DNA from: Candidatus Borrarchaeum weybense
GTDB lineage: Archaea > Asgardarchaeota > Sifarchaeia > Borrarchaeales > Borrarchaeaceae
NCBI GenBank assembly: GCA_019057385.1
Contig: JAHQJS010000005.1
Span: 169,481 to 189,480 of the forward strand
DNA length: 20,000 nucleotides
Direction: 5' to 3'
Part shown: positions 15,461 to 20,000 of the stretch, piece after piece
Layout: each line of letters begins with the position of its first letter
Position numbering within the stretch: position 1 is the stretch's first letter
Translations under genes and position numbers: made by a program
The notes under the pieces: generated by a model
The model's input: only the letters and a program-made list of their open reading frames with translations
Told to the model about the DNA's origin: nothing
The model's database searches: none

Positions 15461-15569
15461 TCTCCCCTCGCCCACCACTCTTTTTGAAAAATAAGTATTG
15501 AATAAGATAATATAATTCCTAAAATCATACTCTAATTCATTATTTGAAATGCTCAAGTTAGGTGTTTAG

Positions 15570-17027
15570 ATGAATCATGTGGAAATAATGATGCTCGATA
15601 AGAAGACCCGAATCGTTCTTTGGCAGTGTCTTGTTGAAGTTATTGAAGAATATATTACAAATGTTAATCAAGCACGCGTTGCCCCCTATTTAGATGCAGA
15701 TAAGATACGATCTCTGCTAAACTCTATTACATTTACAAAGTCCATAGATCCTTTACAGGCATTGAATTTTGTAGTGAAAGGCTTGTGGGACTATCAAATG
15801 CATGTAGCTAATCCACAATACTTTGGATTATTCAATCCGTCTCCAACCACAATGGGGATCGCAGCTGATGCTTTGGTTGCTGCTTTTAATCCTCAACTCG
15901 CAACATGGAGTCATAGTCCCTTTGCCGTGGAAGTTGAACAACATTTAATTCGATTTTTTGCTTCTCAATTTGGTTATAATTCGGAAAAAATAGATGGCAC
16001 TTTTACATCTGGTGGTACTGAAGCTAATCATACAGCTCTATTAACAGCTCTCACTCACAAATTTCCAAAATTTGCACAAAGAGGGCTAAGAGGACTCGAC
16101 ACACTGCCTAAACTGTATGTTTCTACAGAGAGTCATCATTCTCTTATAAGAACTGCTCGTTCATGTGGTCTGGGCGTAGAGGCAGTGCAACAAATACCTG
16201 TAGACGATTCATTGCAAATGAAAGTTGATGTGCTTATTGAGCAAATTGCAAAAGATAGAGACGTTGGGTTCGCTCCATTTCTAGTCGCGGCTACCGCAGG
16301 AACGACAAACGCCGGAGTGGTAGATCATATAAAAAGAATTGCTGATGTAGCAGAAAAGGAGAAACTTTGGTTTCACGTTGACGCGGCATGGGGAGGTGCG
16401 ATCGTATTTGTAACTGAAATGAGAAATGTTCTTGAAGGCATTGAACGATCAGATTCGATCACATTCGACACACATAAGTGGCTAAATGTCCCTATGGGCG
16501 CTGGTCTATTCTTAACTCGCCATCCAGAAATTCTCCTCAGAACTTTTTCTATAGAAGCCGATTATATGCCAAAAGATGCGTTGGGATTAAATGTAGTAGA
16601 TCCATATATTCGTTCCCTCCAGTGTTCCCGCAGATTTATTGGTCTAAAAGTCTTTTTATCTCTTGCTGTGGCAGGATGGAATGGATATAGCACCGTAATT
16701 AGACACCAAGTAAAAATGGGAGATTTATTGCGCCAAGAACTTAAAAAATCAGGTTGGAAAATCGTCAATCAGACAAAGTTACCAGTTGTGTGTTTTGTTG
16801 ATCAACAAAGACCAGAAGGGAAATCTGTCGAGTTCGTCGAAAGCATCGCTCAGGGAGTCGTTTCTTCTGGAAAGGCTTGGATTTCTACTACAAGACTGAA
16901 ACAGAATATACCTGTGCTTAGAGCTTGTATTACCAACTACCGGACAGAACCAGAAGATATTCATGCTTTAGTCCATGTGCTCAACGAAACAAGGCAAGCT
17001 TTTTACAGCAAAATTCGTCAAACATAG
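15570..17027 (+). CDS. PLP-dependent group II decarboxylase (aromatic-L-amino-acid/glutamate decarboxylase-like)
   Basis: 485 aa; 'FTSGGTEANHTALLTAL', 'VAATAGTTNAGVVDHIKRIADVAEKEKLWFHVDAAWGGA', PLP lysine region 'DSITFDTHKWLNVPMGAGLFL'. Confidence 0.9.
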   Translation: MNHVEIMMLDKKTRIVLWQCLVEVIEEYITNVNQARVAPYLDADKIRSLLNSITFTKSIDPLQALNFVVKGLWDYQMHVANPQYFGLFNPSPTTMGIAADALVAAFNPQLATWSHSPFAVEVEQHLIRFFASQFGYNSEKIDGTFTSGGTEANHTALLTALTHKFPKFAQRGLRGLDTLPKLYVSTESHHSLIRTARSCGLGVEAVQQIPVDDSLQMKVDVLIEQIAKDRDVGFAPFLVAATAGTTNAGVVDHIKRIADVAEKEKLWFHVDAAWGGAIVFVTEMRNVLEGIERSDSITFDTHKWLNVPMGAGLFLTRHPEILLRTFSIEADYMPKDALGLNVVDPYIRSLQCSRRFIGLKVFLSLAVAGWNGYSTVIRHQVKMGDLLRQELKKSGWKIVNQTKLPVVCFVDQQRPEGKSVEFVESIAQGVVSSGKAWISTTRLKQNIPVLRACITNYRTEPEDIHALVHVLNETRQAFYSKIRQT

Positions 17028-17038
17028 CTTTCAAGTTA

Positions 17039-17530
17039 TCATGTTAATGAAAGTGTAGTATCCTCTTTCTCAGTAGAAAGTACAATAACACTCCGCGTTC
17101 GTCCCACTCCAGGAATACGATTAATGGTTCTTATCATTCCCTCAAGAGTTGATATATTTTCGGTCTTCACTTTAATAAGGTGATCTGCATCCCCCGCCAA
17201 GTTAAATACTTCCAAGACATCCTTCATATTAGCAACTTCGTAAGGAACAGCCACATCTGGTTCATGGGCCTTAAAATCTAATGTAATTTCAATAAAGGCG
17301 GTAACATCTTTGCCTAACTTTTTCTCGTCTAAAATAACTGTGTACTTCTTGATGATTCCACTTTCTTTCATTTTTCTTATTCGTTCATGGACTGTCGGAA
17401 TCGCTAAATTTACAATTTCATCGCTTGCAATAGTTTTAATTGGTCTTGATGAATCCTCTTGTAGTAATTCAAGAATTCTCAGGTCTTTTTCATCTAACGT
17501 GAAGCCATTTGTTGACACCATAAACTTCAC
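17039..17530 (-). CDS. Lrp/AsnC-family transcriptional regulator
   Basis: 163 aa; 'LDEKDLRILELLQEDSSRPIKTIASDEIVNLAIPTVHERIRKMKESGIIKKYTVILDEKKLG', RAM-domain 'VFNLAGDADHLIKVKTENISTLEGMIRTINRIPGVGRTRSVIVL'. Confidence 0.95.
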   Translation of the reverse strand: MKFMVSTNGFTLDEKDLRILELLQEDSSRPIKTIASDEIVNLAIPTVHERIRKMKESGIIKKYTVILDEKKLGKDVTAFIEITLDFKAHEPDVAVPYEVANMKDVLEVFNLAGDADHLIKVKTENISTLEGMIRTINRIPGVGRTRSVIVLSTEKEDTTLSLT

Positions 17531-17665
17531 CCTCTACTTTTAGTGTTATCACTAAGTGAATATTTTCTTATTGATATATAAAGGTTCCCTCATATTTTCT
17601 TTGATAACTGATATAAACCAGAAGAAATAATACAAATATTGAAGTTGACCGAAAAGAGATGTTAA

Positions 17666-17998
17666 TTGTACGAAAATAATGGAGGCATTATTATCATGTC
17701 ATTTGAAGTTAATTTTAATAGAGTAACTCAAAATTTGAACACGGTTATATTAAGTGAGGAAAGGAATCTGCTACAAGAAATAGCAAAACCACAAATCTTA
17801 AAGAGTCTTAGAATATCAGAAAACAAACTCTTGCGGCTAGTTCTGAAAGATCAAAAATACTTTATTGAGTTAATAGCGAGTGGTTATAAAGTTACACAGT
17901 TAGCAGCAGGGAAAACTACTCTACAAGAGGCAGAAAAATGTTATGTGGAACTCCTCCATAAGATAAAAAATGGAGGAAGCATGCTAGAGCCATATTGA
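17666..17998 (+). CDS. Small hypothetical protein (start may be ATG at 17696)
   Basis: 110-aa ORF, 'MSFEVNFNRVTQNLNTVILSEERNLLQEIAKPQ...'. No recognised family; RBS-like 'ggaggc' upstream of 17696. Confidence 0.5.
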   Translation: MYENNGGIIIMSFEVNFNRVTQNLNTVILSEERNLLQEIAKPQILKSLRISENKLLRLVLKDQKYFIELIASGYKVTQLAAGKTTLQEAEKCYVELLHKIKNGGSMLEPY

Positions 17999-18252
17999 TT
18001 CGAAACATTACCGCAGTTCATTAGTTTTTTATGATTTTATAATCGTTAAGCACTTACTCCGAAATTTTTTTCGTTGTTGCATCATCTTTTTACTACTTTT
18101 TCTGATTCAGTAATTATCTGTATAAAAATTGCCGTAAATCTTTAGTCAAAACGGTTATAACCCCGAAAATCATTAATATATATAGGTAGGAATACCTAAA
18201 ATATTTCATGATCTATCGTGATAGTTACAAATAATGAAAGAGGTGAGGGGAA

Positions 18253-18525
18253 ATGAAGGGAAAAATAAAGGATGTTATACTTCAACTCCTCGACGAATCG
18301 TTCTACGAAGTCCCTATAGCGGTTCCTAAAGTCACAGCTTTCATAAAGGAATTCTTCCCTAAAGCAACAGAACATGAAATCGAGGCAGTTATTGAAGAAT
18401 TAATAAAGGACGGCTTCTTAATCCTTGGAATTGCTTATGGCTATGAACGTGGCATAATGAGTGCGAAGAAGATTCCTGAGAAACCACCGCTAGCCTACTT
18501 AAAGCCAATTCTTGCGAAAACATAA
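18253..18525 (+). CDS. Small hypothetical protein, possibly winged-helix-like
   Basis: 90 aa preceded by a strong RBS 'gaggtgagggga'; 'MKGKIKDVILQLLDESFYEVPIAVPKVTAFIKEFFPKATEHEIEAVIEELIKDGFLIL'. Confidence 0.7.
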   Translation: MKGKIKDVILQLLDESFYEVPIAVPKVTAFIKEFFPKATEHEIEAVIEELIKDGFLILGIAYGYERGIMSAKKIPEKPPLAYLKPILAKT

Positions 18526-18646
18526 CATTCTCTTTTTTTCGTTTTTTAGATATTTTTCTGATCTGATTTTTCAAGTCAAAAAATGGATATTTTCTCTAAA
18601 TTCCCTTGCTGACGTTTTTTGAAGAAATGAAAATAGGAAACCGCTT

Positions 18647-18675
18647 TAACGTTGATAACGCTATTAACCGTTAAC
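18647..18675. promoter_or_regulatory. 9-nt-phased TAAC(G/C) half-sites, possible operator
   Basis: TAACGTTGA-TAACGCTAT-TAACCGTTAAC starting at 18647, 18656 and 18665, upstream of the ORF at 18714. Confidence 0.3.
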
Positions 18676-18713
18676 ATTTAAAAAACGTAACATGAATTTA
18701 GGGAAGATCAACA

Positions 18714-19082
18714 ATGAAAATATCAGCTATTGAATTGGAGAAACTTTTAGACGAAATACCCGTAGCACTTACGTACGTAGATACGAACGGCATCATTCTC
18801 TATCGTAACAAAACCGCTGCACAACGACCTTTGCCGAAAGGAACTCGAGAACCTGGAGCCAACATACGAGACTGCCATGCACTACCGGAGAGTTTAGAAC
18901 AGATAGAAAAAATCTTTAATGGTTTTAAAAACGGTCGCAAAACACCACATCACTATATTTCTCAAAGGACAGATCTCAAAGAATTAGTAACTTTAACTCC
19001 GATGTTCGAAAAAGATCAGTTTGTTGGATGTTTCTCAACTATCCATCCGCTTGAAATAAAGGGTGTAAGTAGAACTTTTTAG
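18714..19082 (+). CDS. PAS-domain protein
   Basis: 122 aa; 'LLDEIPVALTYVDTNGIILYRNKTAAQRPLPKGTREPGANIRDCHALPESLEQIEKIFNGFKNG...'. Confidence 0.75.
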   Translation: MKISAIELEKLLDEIPVALTYVDTNGIILYRNKTAAQRPLPKGTREPGANIRDCHALPESLEQIEKIFNGFKNGRKTPHHYISQRTDLKELVTLTPMFEKDQFVGCFSTIHPLEIKGVSRTF

Positions 19083-19087
19083 AAGAG

Positions 19088-20000
19088 TTAGTTCCCGATT
19101 AAATCACGAATGAACTGAACTAACAGGCGTACCCCTACTCCTGAAGCACCTTTTGGGATGTATGCTTTCTTTTTATCTGAGCGAGCAGTACCTGCTATAT
19201 CTAAATGAATCCATGGAGTTCCTTTTTCTACAAATTCTGATAAAAATACAGCAGCTATAATTGCTGCCCCTTCGCGTCCACCTACATTTTTTAAATCGGC
19301 AAAATCACTTCTTAAATGCGTAGAATACTCTTTCCATAGGGGTAATTCCCAGACTCGTTCCCCAGTTTTTTCACCTGCTGACGTAAGTAGTTTCTTGAAG
19401 TTTTCTGCTTCTTTATTTGCCATTAATCCGCTAGCATGTGCTCCTAAAGTTATTCTAATTGCTCCAGTAAGTGTTGCAATATCGATTACAAGAGTTGGAG
19501 AATATTTCTTAGCATAAGTCAGTGCATCAGCCATTACTAATCTTCCTTCAGCGTCTGTATTCACAACTTCTATGGTTTTACCAGAAAAAGACTTGATTAC
19601 ATCACCTGGTTTTATTGCTTTTCCTCCGGGTAAGTTCTCTGTTGCGGGAATGAGGGCAAATAAGTGAATTGGCAACTGTAAATGGCTTACTGCATGTATG
19701 AGACCAATTACTGTGCATCCGCCGGATTTATCGTATTTCATGTTCTCCATTCCTGTCTTCTGTTTTAATGAAAGACCTCCAGAGTCAAAAGTAATAGCTT
19801 TGCCAATGACGACAATCGTTTCTAGTGCCTCTTTTTCTTGTGGAGTATATTCAAGAATAATGAACTTTGCAGGCTGATCACTTCCTTGTGCCACACTTAG
19901 ATAGGCATTTAGCCCCATTTCTTGTGCAATTTCTTCATCTAGAATATTATATTTTAGACCCAGACTTATTGCAAGGTCTTCTGACTTCGTAGCTAGGTAA
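19088..20000 (-). CDS. pepA: M17 leucyl aminopeptidase, N-terminal part beyond the window edge
   Basis: 'VIGKAITFDSGGLSLK...MKYDKSGG...NTDAEGRLVMADALTYA...DIATLTGAI...DIAGTA'. The frame continues past 19918 as 'YLATKSEDLAISLGLKYNILDEEIAQEMGLNAYLSVAQGS'. Confidence 0.95.
   Translation of the reverse strand, partial: YLATKSEDLAISLGLKYNILDEEIAQEMGLNAYLSVAQGSDQPAKFIILEYTPQEKEALETIVVIGKAITFDSGGLSLKQKTGMENMKYDKSGGCTVIGLIHAVSHLQLPIHLFALIPATENLPGGKAIKPGDVIKSFSGKTIEVVNTDAEGRLVMADALTYAKKYSPTLVIDIATLTGAIRITLGAHASGLMANKEAENFKKLLTSAGEKTGERVWELPLWKEYSTHLRSDFADLKNVGGREGAAIIAAVFLSEFVEKGTPWIHLDIAGTARSDKKKAYIPKGASGVGVRLLVQFIRDLIGN

Larger units (their letters stand above)
15277..15477 (+). tRNA. tRNA-Pro(TGG), with three predicted introns and an encoded CCA-like end
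   Basis: Acceptor gggcggg (15277-15283)/ctcgccc (15467-15473), discriminator A, CCA 15475-15477. Anticodon stem ccgga (15304-15308)/tccgg (15345-15349), TGG at 15311-15313. T stem gggag (15419-15423)/ctccc (15462-15466). Confidence 0.9.

Noticed and set aside
15298-15528. ORFs 15298..15501 and 15325..15528
   Set aside because: They overlap the intron-rich tRNA-Pro gene; the tRNA stems explain the conserved-looking sequence.
1-20000. CRISPR array or Cas genes
   Set aside because: No regularly spaced direct repeats of about 25-37 nt and no cas-like ORFs. The only long dispersed repeats seen are the two omegaRNA-like copies and the 20-bp tRNA-Trp duplication.

Overview
The window is archaeal chromosomal DNA. 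Supporting evidence: archaeal-type DnaG primase, archaeal TyrRS, PheS/PheT with a 4-bp overlap, archaeal CoaD, a DUF1512-like membrane protein, Lrp/AsnC regulator, intron-bearing tRNAs and TATA-box promoters. Protein-coding content is mostly housekeeping: LysE-like exporter, RidA, DnaG, small Toprim protein, TyrRS, PheST, CoaD, sugar-nucleotidyltransferase, PLP decarboxylase, Lrp, PAS protein, M17 aminopeptidase. The window opens with the C-terminal part of an IS200/IS605-type TnpB. The most interesting content is non-coding. (1) tRNA-Trp, tRNA-Thr and tRNA-Pro genes are all interrupted, I count about seven introns in total, and every one of the three has an insertion in the variable region. 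(2) Two ~120-nt copies of a TnpB right-end/omegaRNA-like sequence have no intact TnpB next to them, and one sits about 25 nt downstream of a TATA box. (3) An exact 20-bp copy of the 3' end of tRNA-Trp lies 889 bp away and brackets a DUF1330-like ORF and one omegaRNA-like copy, in an att-site-like arrangement. (4) A ~380-bp intergenic region between tyrS and pheS is unexplained and rich in possible stems. A standalone 5S rRNA gene is also present. I found no CRISPR array and no obvious defence operon. All calls come from reading the sequence only; no database or folding program was run.
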